Part shown: positions 25,223 through 38,522 of the stretch, in pieces
How the letters are laid out: every line of letters begins with the position of its first letter
How positions within the stretch are numbered: position 1 is the first letter of the stretch
Assembly (NCBI GenBank): GCA_964016885.1
Contig: OZ024743.1
Coordinates: 228,470,001-228,534,000 of the forward strand
DNA from: Eledone cirrhosa
Taxonomy: Eukaryota
Length of the DNA: 64,000 nucleotides
Direction of reading: 5' to 3'
The notes under the pieces: generated by a model
Told to the model about the DNA's origin: nothing
The model's database searches: none
Seen by the model: only the letters and a program-made list of their open reading frames with translations
Program-made: the position numbers and the translations under genes

Positions 25223-26331
25223 TGTTTGTAAGAACAAGGCTTTCACATACAGAATAAAGTAATCAATACTTGAAGATGTAGATTATGTAATGTTATATTA
25301 TTATTTACAAGTATATATGTATGGCTATGTGTATATGTGACTTTGCATGAGTAGAGGGAGTCTCCATGTGTATGTAGGGGCTTACATCCATACATGTAAG
25401 AATGTATGTAGATAAGTGAATGTGAGTTAATGAATGAAGCGGTATATATATCATATGTTTACAGTTTTTTTATACACGTCTCTATGTAGTTAAATAAGTT
25501 TATATATCTATTTTTCAAGTATTTGTAAGTAGGTGGATTTATACCCTTCTGTGTAAGCATGTATGTATATTTGAATGCGTGATTGTATATATGTATACTC
25601 ATGCTGCTTTGTGGATGTTGTATACACCAAACTATGTAGTTAAGTATGCTTGCCTGTCTTATTTGTGTGTGCACTAACATACAGTAGTGCATGTAACAAC
25701 ATACGTCTGTGTTTGCATACATTTGTGCAGATATTTGTGTACATGCTATTGCATGAATATGGTATTGTGCACACAAGTCCTCTTTCCACCTCTTGCACTC
25801 AAACTGGCACATTAGCAAGATGAATGCTCTGTTTACATTTCTGACAACACTGACAATTTCTCGGATAATCAACGGTTAGATAAGATACATATTTGATTGG
25901 GTAGGAGAAGAAAAGTGTTTTACACTAAGATTGGCACGAAAATGAAACAAAGAATTTAAGCAAGACAAAAGTTCTTTTTTGCCAAGAAAACAGGTCAAGC
26001 TTAAGGGATAGTCTTTTGGTTTTAACAGGATATAACAAGCCATTCACATGGGCTGGCCCTTAAACAATCCTCTTACCCTTATTATATCAGCTGCTGTTGT
26101 CAACATTTATCCACCAATAGTCTATCTTAAAAAGACCTCCCCAGCGCCGACATTACCATTACTAACACTCAGAGCACTGATGCAAACCATGTGAGTGAGT
26201 AACGATCTTGCAGTTGGCTGCAGCCATCATTAACTCTAACAATGTGCAAGAATGTATCTGAGGGCATGTATTGGGGTGGGAAAAGCACATTTCATTCCAA
26301 ATTGCTTGTTAACCATCAACATGACAATTAT

Positions 26332-26590
26332 TTATCCTTCCGTTACCATATTTTTAATGAAAGACATTGCTGATGATTTTTCAAATAATTTTTAAAATAA
26401 TCAAGAATTTGAAGGGATTTTATAATACAATTAACTTTCTCATTATGAAGTTTGTGTTTTGGAGCATAGCTTAAGAAGATTCTTACATAAAATTATGATG
26501 ATTTTTAGATAAATATAAATAGAATACAGAAACTGTTGTGTATCACAAAAGGATGGCTAGTATCAGGAAGTTTGGTATCAACAGGGTTAA
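26332..26590 (-). mobile_element. TTAA-ended (piggyBac-like) MITE, family M2; further degraded copies at about 30976-31206, 41711-42180, 51485-51920, 54800-55143, 56071-56530 and 58550-58828
   Basis: Ends of the form ttaaccctgttgatacc / ggtaacaaaagggttaa; shared internal motifs aaattcttgattattt and gtctttcattagaaatatgg. Confidence 0.6.
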
Positions 26591-28157
26591 ATGAATATTT
26601 CTATAACTTGAAAAAAATATATAAAATTATATGCATCTCGATCTTTTTATAGTTTTACCATTTCTTATCAATGCTACACATACACACACAAAATGAATAA
26701 ACCTCTAAGCAGTCACATAATCTGCTTAAAATGGCAGCTAAAGCTCCCTCAATTCACATCTTACAATTGTAGGAAAAAAATAGGCCACATTGTATAATAA
26801 ACAGAGTCCTGAGTTCACTGGACCAAGGAAAAAGACAGGATAGTCATGCAAGAATGCTTTTTTATCATCAGGTCTGCTAGATCAGGATTAATGTGTGGCT
26901 TAACACCTCCAAAATCACCACCACCGCCAAGACAACAATATTCAATCTTCTGCACTAATGACACTTTACAAAATATGGCAAAAATCTATAAAAGGACAGT
27001 CAAGTGTGTCTACATATCAGTAGGTCTATACATACATACATACATATATACATACATACATTCATATAATATGTATAGACACATGCATACACAGATTGAT
27101 AGACATGTGCCAACAAAGAAGCCACTACATGGTCATTTGGCTGCTAGAAATAACAGCCAAATACCCTCCTTCAAACCCCATCCCACCAAAAATGCAAAGA
27201 CACATTAAGTCTTGGGATCATAGGTCTGATTGATCACACCAATATTAGAAATAGATACATAGATCTAGAAAAAAAAAGGGACAGTGAAGGTACGTGACCT
27301 AGTGATTATGGTGTTGGGCTGACAATCATAAGACATGGATTTTATTACATTTTATTGGGCTCTTTCTGATAGTACTGGGGTCTTTATTATTAAAAACACC
27401 TAAAAATCTCCTGTATAATGCAACTTTGTAGAAGGTCAACTAAGCCGACATAGGTATGAGCTGTAAATTTCATTTCATTTGATAGATAAATTGATAGATA
27501 GAATAGTAGATAATATGATATATAGAAGAGTAAATAAGTAGAAGAGCAGAATAAGATTATAAAATTATATTTTTTCATTTTCATCAGAAAGTATATCTAA
27601 GGAGGTGAGGGATGGGTCAAATAGGCATTTGTTGTTTTGTTTTCAAGCAAGGACAATATAAGCAAAAGTGATGAACTGAAAACAGATAAATAAGGAAGTT
27701 GATCAATCAAATTTCTTAATGTTTGTATCTTAGGCTGCTATGATGAAGTACTACTCCCTAGGATGTCTAATAGATTTGCGATGTCAGTAATCTGAGATTG
27801 GGAATTTCTATAGAAATTTCATCAACAAGGAGCCAATCTCTGTAGAAGATAAACTACTGTATAAGATGTCCTACTGTGTTAGTGACGGGTGTTTCTAAGT
27901 ATTTAATTCAAGTTTAGTAAGTCATTGCAGATATCTCCTTACTAAAATCTTTAACACTTCTGATATCAAACGTCTGGTTACACAATACAAAGATATTTAT
28001 TGTAAAATGTTTATATTTATCTAAAAATCGTAAGTATGTTATGTTATGGATGTATATACAAATATAAAATTTTGCATCAAACCTAAGATAAGATTTAATA
28101 GGTCAAGGCTTAACTTCAATAGTTCTCTTTCTGAATATATAGCCTTGAAAACAGAAA

Positions 28158-29480
28158 AAATCCCAGCACCAATTCTGTTCTCTATCTTCTTTGCTATGAC
28201 TCTCACATATGCCTTTCGAAATTGCAATGCCAGGGTATATATGTGTTTCAAGACTGCAGGTGAAGCTTTTAATTTGACAAGCTTTAGGGCTAAATCAAAG
28301 ATTTTCCAGTCTGTCATTTGAGAGTAACTCTATGCTGATGATGCAGACCTTGTTGCTCCTACCTTGGAGGACATGCAGGAAGCAATGGACCTAGTTTCTG
28401 GGGCATGCACTGGCTTCAGGCTAATTACAGAAAAGACGAAAGTCATCTATACACCCCCTCCCAGCCCACATTTTACTGAGCCCAACATCTTTGTTCAAGG
28501 TCAGAGGTTGAAGGTTGTTAATACATTTGTCTAACTTAGTAGTGTTCTCTCCAGACGTGGTTCATTAGATTCAGAAATCGAGCGAAGGATTGAAAAAGCC
28601 AGCAAAGCCTTCAGTAGGTTGGCAGGATGAATCTGATCAGACAGAGGCATCTCATTTGGTATTAACATAAGTGTCTACCAATCCTGTGTCCTGGCTGCTC
28701 TCTTGTACTCTTCTGAGACTTGGACCACATACATGCATCATATCAAGACATTAGAAAGATTCCACCAAAGATGCCTAAGGTGTATCTTGAACATTAAGTG
28801 GCAGTTATTTACACCTGACACCATTGTTCTGCAGTGAGTCAATATATCCAGCATAGAAACACTGCTCATTCAAAACCAACTGCATTGGGCATGGAATTTA
28901 ACCCTTTAGCATTTAAACCAGCTGTATCTGCCCAGAATTCTCTCACCTCTTTCTGTTCAAACCTTCTGTAACCGGCCACTCATACTAATGTTAAAGTATT
29001 GTTCTCAAAATAAATAAGATCAAAAGCTCATAGATTCGATATTATGGGAGATAGAGCCTTTACCCTGAAAATATAATAGTATATATAGAGTAATGTAAAT
29101 GTTAAAAGGTTAAGGCAGATGGAAGATGAGAACTTGCCTAAGTGAATTTGGTATGGAGAGCTAACTCTTTGTAAATGCCCCTGACACAATCCCAAGAAAC
29201 GTTTGAGGGGTGTTGTTAAAGGCATCCGGAAGATTCTTGGTATTAGTGGTGCTAAGGATTGGGAAGATGAGACAGAGAGTAGATCTGGCTGGAGAAGTCT
29301 AGTTTATAAGGGATTTAATTGCTTTAAGGTAAAAATAATTGAGATTCAGTGTTTAAAAGAGTACTTAGGAAAGGTGATGTAGATTCAATCTTGGATGATA
29401 TCTGGTTGGGGCATTTCTGTAACATCTCTGGAAAGGTTTCCTTTCTTGTGTTGGGCTAGCTAGTCTTTTAAAACCTCATA
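28158..29480 (+). mobile_element. Older degraded RTE-1-type LINE (distinct family) interrupted by a MITE
   Basis: Fragments APILFSIFF, LYADDADL, LLYSSETWT, LERFHQRCLRCIL and NQLHWA; the reading resumes after the MITE as MEDENLPK..WYGEL. Confidence 0.85.
28898..29113 (+). mobile_element. piggyBac-like MITE, family M1 (TTAA TSD)
   Basis: TTAA-ccctttagcattta ... taaatgttaaaagg-TTAA; splits the RTE reading at a TTAA. Confidence 0.85.
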
Positions 29481-30821
29481 GCAATCAACAGTCTGGGGTC
29501 AATTATGTTCTTGTCCTCCCAGGAAAACCTGTTGGGTATTTGTATCAGATTTGCGACAAAGCTTGTAGGTCAACTACTGGACTGAAGTGGCACATGAGAG
29601 TGTATAAGGAGTAAGTTACATTCAAGAATATCCAAGGGCCTTGTGTGTGTCACTTCTGTAAAAATGTATATGTGAGCGAGGTGGGTTTACAGAGTCAATC
29701 GCGGCTCATGACTGTTCAGCACAACATTGGAGAGATGACCCTCTTCTGTAAAGAAGTGGTAGTTACATGTCTGTCTGTGTGTGTATTACATAATGTACAA
29801 ACTGTAGTTCCATATCTACATTATTGCAGCTAACTATGCATATATACATACATAATTAAACACCAATATGAAAAAGAAAATCTGTATTCATAAGACAGAC
29901 TAAAGTTCAATGTTTCACTGCATATCTTTAACTAGTAATGACTGTTTGGTCAAGCTGCTGGTCAGAATCAAATGTGGTATTTACCTCATGGTTTGTTTGT
30001 TTAAACATAAACCAAAATCTTGCTTCAACCAAAGTCCAAGTGTTATTATTGTTAGTTAATAATTACAAAGTCAATATTCTATTTTAAATATTGAAGAATT
30101 TGCTGGGGGAATGAGCTTTGGTAATCAATTTTAAAGGATTTATTGATTGACTTGCTCTTCATCTTCCTGGCAACCTACCCCATTTCTACCACTGGCTCAC
30201 TTGCTCTCTTCCCACCCCTCTCTCTCTCTCTTGTACTTCTCTATTAATAGATGACTGTTTAGCCTACATCCATATGTAGCTTGTCTATGAGAGGGAAAGT
30301 TGGTTGTTTGCTGGCTATTGGTCAAGAACATTGTTGTTGTTGGTGTAATCATTGTCATCATCATCATCATCATCATCAACAACAACAACCACAATCATGA
30401 TGGCATATTACTACTGTGCTTTTCCAGCACCTGACCAATCATCGAGTTGGGAAAGAGAAACAAACTTCATGTGTGATTGACTGTCAAGACAGTCTGCCAG
30501 GCAATCTGGCAGGAAGCCATCAAAATGAGATTATTCAAGAACTAGCAAGGAAAACCCTGAGGGAATGAAAGTTTTCTTCTACTGTTTCAGTGCCAGACAT
30601 TAGCCAGTCTTCAGCAGTGTTTAGTAGCTAAAATTGCTAATCATATGTTGGCTAAATGAAAATATGGCAATTTGAGACAAGAAATTAAATAAATATATAA
30701 AAAGGAGTAAGGAACATTGAGGGTTTATGAAATCCTGCTTTCCACAGCATGCTTAGAATCTTGTTATATGCAATATATCTCGAAGAAATCAATAACCACA
30801 GACTTTTATGTACACAAATAT

Positions 30822-30860
<39 letters not shown>

Positions 30861-32645
30861 CTATTGGACCTCCATCAGTTATGACGATGAATGTTTCAGT
30901 TATTTTCATCAACAGAACAGGCTGCTGATAAAATTTATGTGCAAGTGGCTGAGCATACCACAGGCATATATCATCTTAACCCCTTCCTGTGCATATTTTT
31001 AATGAAAGACTGTATCTTAATTAATCTAGAATTTCGATTTATTTACTGAGATTATTATTTGGTTCATTATTAAGATGTTATTTGTAACATAAAAAGGTTT
31101 GTATATCAAATTATGTTGGAAGATTTAAATTTGAATAGGACTCTTTAATTATGATTGTGTTTTACAGAATCAGTCAGTGTTGGGAAGGTGTGTATCAAAT
31201 GGTTTACTGTACAATATTTATAAGAATATAAGATACAACCTTATTTTGAAGAAAAAGTTTTTGAAAAAAGGTTAACATTCACTTCTACTTATACATATGT
31301 TGTGATCAGAATTTGGGATAAAAATGTATATTTTATCTATGGGGAAAATATTGTAGTTCCCTGAGAGATTCAAAATGACACATTGTGTGTCAAGGTTGGC
31401 TTTTAGAATTGCAGTTGCAACTAATTTTTCTGAGCTGTATGGCCTTGAGCAGCAAAAGATATTGTGTTTCATTCAAGGATACAATATGCTGCCATGAACT
31501 GGACTCACACTCTTACAGTCATGAGCCTAATATAACATCTAGACCATGTGCCTTCACAATATATAAACAGATACATAGAAATAAACATACATGTGCAAAG
31601 TATGTGTTGTTAGTAGAAGCAGCAGACATTTGACAGCACTGTGTTTGTGTATCTCTTTGTATATATATATATAATATTAAATATCAAAACACCATATTAA
31701 ATATCAAAACATTTCATACATCGAAGATATTGCTATAACATGCACTGTGTTCCTTGTAATAATACAAAACACACACATACACCCATGTACATTATATATA
31801 TATATATATATATAAGCATACAAAATAACATACAAATATACACACAAAATTAAAGGTATTCTTATTGTTCTTTACGGTAAGACAATATTCCCGGATTTCC
31901 ATGTAAATGGTGTGCGTGTCTGTTGTGGTGTATATGCCTGTAGGTATGTGTGCACATATATGCTGCACATATGTGCATGTTTGTATTTGGTGTAGTATAT
32001 GTGTATGTGTGCATGTACTGTTTTTATCTAATAATACAGACTTCTTCCAAACATACATATTTTACATAACGTAAGAAGGTAACAGCATTATTTTATGAAT
32101 ACATAACATTTCAGCCTTCAATCATTTTTCAAAATTTTAAGTTTTAATATTGTTTTAATACTATTTTATTATATCTTTATCTTATTTATTTACTTTGCTG
32201 AGGAAGGTGGAAGCATTTTTATTTTTACCTTAAATTCAAAATTCTTCCCATAATTTCTATTAAACAAGTTATAAATTATGAAAAAATGAAATACAGAAAC
32301 AAAAAGAGAGAAAATTAAAAAAGGAGTGAAGCGAAGAAAAATGAATTAATTGATATATTTAGAAATATGATAAAGTTGTATGGGAAGTCAATCACATTGT
32401 ATGTGTAGCCACTCAAGTATATATAGGAAGTCACTCAACTATGTAGAGGAAGTCACTCAACTATGCAAAAACTATTCAAAAGTAAAACAACATTGTATAT
32501 AGGCTTTTATTTTTGTAATAATTTTGATGTTGCTGTTTTTCTTTTTTTTCTGGAGGTATGTATGTATGTGCATGTAGAGGTGAGGGATTTATATGAAGGT
32601 TCTTAAGAGAATCTTTATTGCATTTACAATTTTGTCTGGCAGTGC

Positions 32646-32779
32646 TGGAGCACTGTCTTACAATGGATGAAGAAGAAGAAGAAAAAGAAAAAGAAAAAGA
32701 AAAAGAAAAAGAAAAAGAAAAAAGAAGAAGAAAAAAGAAGAAGAAGAAGAAGAAGAAGAAGAAGAAGAAGAAGAAGAAG

Positions 32780-32829
<50 letters not shown>

Positions 32830-32886
32830 AAACAACAACAACAACAAAAGCAAAAACAACAACAACAACAAAAGCAACAACAACAA
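32646..32886. repeat. Compound (GAA)/(GAAAAA)/(CAA)n microsatellite
   Basis: Direct reading. Confidence 0.97.
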
Positions 32887-33187
32887 ACTTTCTTTTTGTT
32901 CTGTTAGTATGGAGATTCTTGAAGCATTGGAGCATGAAAATATTATGTATGAACATTTTATATTATTATATATAACTAAACTAAGATGGTTGAACATTTA
33001 GTTGTAGGCAAGAGATGTTACTTCCAATAGCCTAGCCTGGTACACATAAAATTGGATATTTCTGAAAAGGTTTTATTAAACAAAGTTATGAAATAGTTAT
33101 GAAGGTGGAGAATAACATATATATATATATATATAAATTATACATAATACATAAATATAAATATTACATATATTATAAATATATTAT

Positions 33188-33231
<44 letters not shown>

Positions 33232-33699
33232 GTAAATGATATACACTTTTATATCACGTATGTATATAATATATATAAAATGCATATGTATGTAGGTATA
33301 TATCCAAAATTAAATTAAGGGCTGTCATGTCTGAGAGACATGTGCCATATCCACTGTAGAATAAGCTCAAAGATTCCAATGTATGTAGGTATATATATAT
33401 ATAATATAAAACACACAACACATACATATATAAATATGTGTAGGCAAATCTTGAGTAAGGAGTTAACCTCATAAGTATATGGTTTTAAGTATAGTCTGTA
33501 AAAGGAACAGGCATATTCTGAATTCTTGCTTCAAACTGAACTCAGATTAAAGCATGGAAGGTGCTATCTTTCAACATCCTGTGAGGATTTAGCAGACAAT
33601 ATCTAAAAATGTCTGTTTTAGTTAAAATGATTATAGCATCTTTACTAAATGACAAATTGCTGTGAAAATTTGCAATAAACAAAAGTAAAAACTTTAACT

Positions 33700-33927
33700 T
33701 TAACCCTTTAATGTTCAAACTGGCCATAACCGGCCAGAATTCTCTACCATTTTCTGTTGAAACTGGCTGTAACTGGTCACCCAAACTGATGTTAAGGTAT
33801 TGTTCTCAAAATAAATACTTTCAAAATCTCATAGATTCGATATTATGTGAGATAATTATGTGAGATAAAGCCTTTACCATGAAACTATAATAGTATATAT
33901 AGAGTAATGTGAATGCTAAAGGGTTAA
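33700..33927 (+). mobile_element. piggyBac-like MITE, family M1
   Basis: TTAA-ccctttaatgttca ... tgaatgctaaaggg-TTAA; internal match to 28898-29113. Confidence 0.85.
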
Positions 33928-34185
33928 TGTTTTGCAGTCATAATGCTACTGTTCAAAGCACCTCTTAATGTGGTTTGTTAATTCACTTGCTTACAGTATA
34001 TTTTACTTGTGAAAATTTGCAATATTAGAGTAAAGACTACAATCATTAATGTGATACAAGAACAGTGCAGTTTTGTACCTTTGAAGAATGTCTTACCAGT
34101 GGTTTCATGTGGTACAGGACGTTGAGTGTTAAACCAGTCAACTGATTAAGTGTTCAAACTTCACACAATTACAGGTACACCATTC

Positions 34186-34985
34186 AATGGCTTCCACACA
34201 GTTTCTGCATAATCAATTTCATTCAAAATGTGTCCACATAACTAGGATACCAGTCAGGACCAGTGCATAGGCACTTAACACCCTAGGCCAATCCTTCAAT
34301 GTGTGCTCCTTTTCCCAGTTAAGCATCCAATTCTCTGAAATAAAATTATGCAGTTAAGATGTATAATGATCTATTTATTGATTGCAGAAAATTCTCTGAT
34401 CTTCTAAGGTTCAGTAATGTGCCCCTGCAGAGGTCTGTGCCGTATGTGGTATTGAACTCAGAACCACTGGTTTGTAAAACAGGCTCAAACTAACCACATT
34501 ACCAAATCAAGCCTAACTCCAGATTAACATTTGCTGCAACATTTAGAGAAATTTTAACAAAGAGTTTCACCTCTAACCACACTATAAATAAATAACCTTT
34601 GTATTCTATAAAATAAAAACTACCATTTTATTTTGTCAAGGATATTATCAAGGATCATTTATCAAATAAAAAGGAGAAGGACAAAGCCAATGGACCAGTT
34701 TATGGGGTTTTTAAGACTGGTAGAGACAGGAAGAAAGGAAGCAGATGTACAGTCTCAAAGCTTGCAAATGAGGGAACTCAGGTAAAGGCATCACAGGTTT
34801 TAAACTAGGTAACAGATTAAGTTTACATCCTCCAACAAGTTACTAGTAGTCCATTCGAGGAATTCCACACAGCTTTTGTATACAAAACTGCATTCAGGGT
34901 GAGTCTATGCCAAAGATATCCCACATTGGTATTGAACCCAGAACCATGTGAATGAAAAGTTAACTTCATAACATTACAAAGCCCA
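34186..34985 (-). mobile_element. Decayed copies of another tRNA-derived SINE (also at about 18000-18135, 24950-25060, 43820-43950 and 63530-63600)
   Basis: Recurring ttccacacag...aaatttcactca body and ggtattgaac(c/t)cagaacca (reverse B box). Confidence 0.5.
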
Positions 34986-35463
34986 GTCTATACCCAGATG
35001 GACGGTTTTTTGACAAAGAGAGACTTATTTCATTCTAACCACACTAGAAGTCTTAAAGTCTTAACCTGACACCAATTCTTAATTCTAAACAGAATACTGA
35101 CAGAGGGTTTCACATTTGGAATCAGGAATTAATCTTTAATGGAGATTAGCAAAGTATTTTCAATAAACAAAACAATTTTTTTTTCATTTTTTAAATCAAA
35201 TGTTCAATCACCACACACAGACAGATGGAGTCTTCCCCCCGCTGGCAACTAAGATATTTAACACCTCAGGCTACAGGAATAAGCTTACTAAGAATAATGG
35301 CAGATTTCTTCAAGATTGAATTGAAACCAGGAGAGAAGAGACCATGAGAGATCTAATTACACAACAACAATACAAGTAAAAAATATATAAGGAATTCACT
35401 TTATCAATTTTAAGCTAAACTTTTCTATATCATTGTCACCTCCAGCGACTTGCCATTTTCGTG

Positions 35464-35560
<97 letters not shown>

Positions 35561-35630
35561 ATTTATATGCGTGTGTGTATATATATATAATAAAATGAAG
35601 ATGTACGAATATGCCCTCGTCTCTCGGATT

Positions 35631-35673
<43 letters not shown>

Positions 35674-36472
35674 TACATAGATGCACAGATACTTATATAC
35701 ATATATATGCATACACATACACACTTATACATATATGTTTCACCTCATTCCACTAACATTTGCTTTTCCATCAGCAGTGACCCAGCTAGCTGGTGGTGAT
35801 GTTGGAACAGCTAAATCTTCTTGACAACACTGTCAACTTCCTGCTGACAATCTCCATTCACTGTTTTTACAATCCTGGCAGTGGTGGCAGTGACAATAAT
35901 AATAATAATGATGATGGTGGTTGTGATGATAATAGGGATTATGTTGGTAGTTGTGGTGGTAGTAATTATGATAACAGACAATGATGATGATCATCATCAT
36001 GATCATGATGATTATGATTATGATGATGGTGGTAGTGATGGCTGCAATGGGGATGATAATGATGAGGAAAATTATGATGATGATAATTATGATATGTAGG
36101 GCCTTAGCTAATGGAAGAAAGGTAAGAGGAGGTGCTGAAAGAGAGAGCGAGAGAGAGAGAGGGGATTGACATATAAACAAACCCTCCACACACTTTTTAA
36201 AATATCTCATTTTATTTATAATTTCATGACATTCTTAACTGTTATAAAGGATGGAAGTTATTAAAAGGGGTGGGTCAATTTTGTCACTATGGATTCTCCT
36301 TCCCTTTTTTATTTTTTAAAAACTTATTCAATTTTTTTTTTACTCAGTGTGTGTTGTGTATGGTATGTGCTGTGCAAAGAGTGTGTTTTGCATGGTGTGT
36401 AGTATGTGGGGAAGTGTGTGTACTTCATACCCATAAGGCATCATTGTGATTACACAGATACACACACACACA

Positions 36473-36523
<51 letters not shown>

Positions 36524-37226
36524 ATAATACAATTTCTGTATTAATCATACAGAAGATTTAAATGAGAATTTTGAAATAACTGTTCAAACATTTACAGGAA
36601 GTAACACTTCATCTTGTCTAAAAAAAAATGAATTAACAAAAAAAAAAAAAAACATCCCCAAAAAGCAACTCAACATGATAAGGAGAAAAGCCAATAGAAA
36701 AGTTAAATTCTATTCTCTATTTTACATTAGGTCAGCAACCCCGATACCACTAGTGATAGATCTTCTGATACTGTCTCCATTGTAGACATTATTTAAGTTT
36801 TAGTACTGTACTGATGCTTTTAGATTGGGGATGGTGTAAGGTTAAACAAGAGGACTGCTAGAAAATTCCAGACTAAATGACTCACGATACTGTTATAAAG
36901 GGCTCCCAATCTGGGGTCCATAAGTGTGTCTGTGAGCTAAATTAGAAATTTCAAGAATGAATTTCCCAACATGAAAATTTATTTTGCCTTAAGTCTGGAA
37001 AATTTAACCAAGTGCCTTGGTGGCTGAAATTTACACTTTGTTAAACACATAATAAGTATCCATTCTTCTCTAAGTATAAACATTTCTCTTGTTCAATTAT
37101 TATTATCGCTGCAAAACGATCTAGAGTAGGTCCAATTGTAACAGGGGAAAATTTCCTTTAAATAAAAGTGGGGTCCATGGTAGTGAAAATGTAGGAACTA
37201 CTGCTGTGTATATATATATATATAGA

Positions 37227-37640
37227 GAGGCACATGGCTTAGTGGTTAGAGCATTGGCCTTGCAATCGAAAGGTTGTGAGTTCAATTCTCAGACCAGGTG
37301 ATGTGTTGTTTCCTTGAGCAAGATATTTTATTTCACATTGCTCCAGTTTATTCAGCTGTAGAAATGAGATGATAGGGACTAGGGTCCATATCATTCCACT
37401 GCAAAGTGGTCGTGGAGGTGCCACGGCAAAAAAGCAGCCAGCACTCACTGTAAATGAGGTTGGTGTTAGGAAGGGCATCCAGCTGTAGAAATCAAGCCAG
37501 AATCAGTTCCCGTCCCACCCTTGCAAGCAGGAAAAAGCGGACGTATGATGATGATGATGATGATATATATATATATATATGTCCCACCCTTGCAAGCAGG
37601 GAAGAGTGGACGTAAAATGATGATGATGATGATGATGATA
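37227..37640 (+). mobile_element. S1 SINE plus a duplicated terminal stem-loop/tail
   Basis: Full SINE at 37227-37564; the gtcccacccttgcaagcaggg...(TGA)n end is repeated at 37581-37638. Confidence 0.88.
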
Positions 37641-37645
37641 TATAT

Positions 37646-38443
37646 AAACAAAGTGCAGGGCAATAAAGATAGATGGTAGCCACGGAGTACTCAGGAAAAC
37701 CTGGGACGAGCTGATAAATTCCGACCTCACACACTTAAACCTCTCCAAGACAATGTCACTGGACCGAGACCTTTGGCGGTACTCAGTAACAGAGAAGACC
37801 CGCCTCACCTAAATACAAAGTAAAACCTACTAGTCAGTAGGCATCTCTAACAAAATACAACCCCGTCCCACCCCATCCACACCGCCCCCTTCAATGCAAA
37901 GTTATGTTGGTGCCACAACATCCAGGCTGAAACAAACGAGATCGTGTAGGTGTCACGACAAAAAAAAACACAGTCCACGCTGTAATATGACCGCGTAGGC
38001 AACACGGTAAAAACCTCCCAGTCCCACACTGTAAATGTGGTTGGTGTTAGGAAGGGCATCCAGCTGTAGAAAACACGCCAGACAGTCCTATGCGAGCAAG
38101 ACAATCACTCTTGCCTCAAGTGGGAAAACCCCGTCCAAACCCATGCAAGCGTGGAACACGGACGTTAAACACTGTAAATGTGGTTGGTGTTAGGAAGGGC
38201 ATCCAGCTGTAGAAAACACGCCAGACAGTCCACGCTGTAATGTGGCCGTGTAGGCAACACGGTAAAAACCTCCCAGCCCCACACTGTAAATGTGGTTGGT
38301 GTTAGGAAGGGCATCCAGCTGTAGAAAACCCGCCAGACAGTCCTATGCGAGCAAGACAACCACTCTTGCCTCAAGTGGGAAAACCCCCGTCCAAACCCAT
38401 GCAAGCATGGAACAGGGACGTTAAACGATGATGATGATGATGA
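37646..38443 (+). mobile_element. RTE family A 3' fragments in tandem
   Basis: Two consecutive copies of the 3' UTR, at 37646-38168 and 38169-38443. Confidence 0.88.
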
Positions 38444-38522
38444 TATATATATATATGTCCCACCCTTGCAAGCAGGGAAGAGTGGACGGAAAATGATGAT
38501 GATGATATATATATATATATAT

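Noticed and set aside
32476-33001. Poly-K/R/T/N/L/F proteins
   Set aside because: Compound (GAA)/(CAA) microsatellite that is open in several frames.
35751-35780. Plus-strand branch point and acceptor (cactaac...ttttccatcagcag)
   Set aside because: No convincing downstream donor or coding frame; runs into (GAT)/(GGT) simple repeats.
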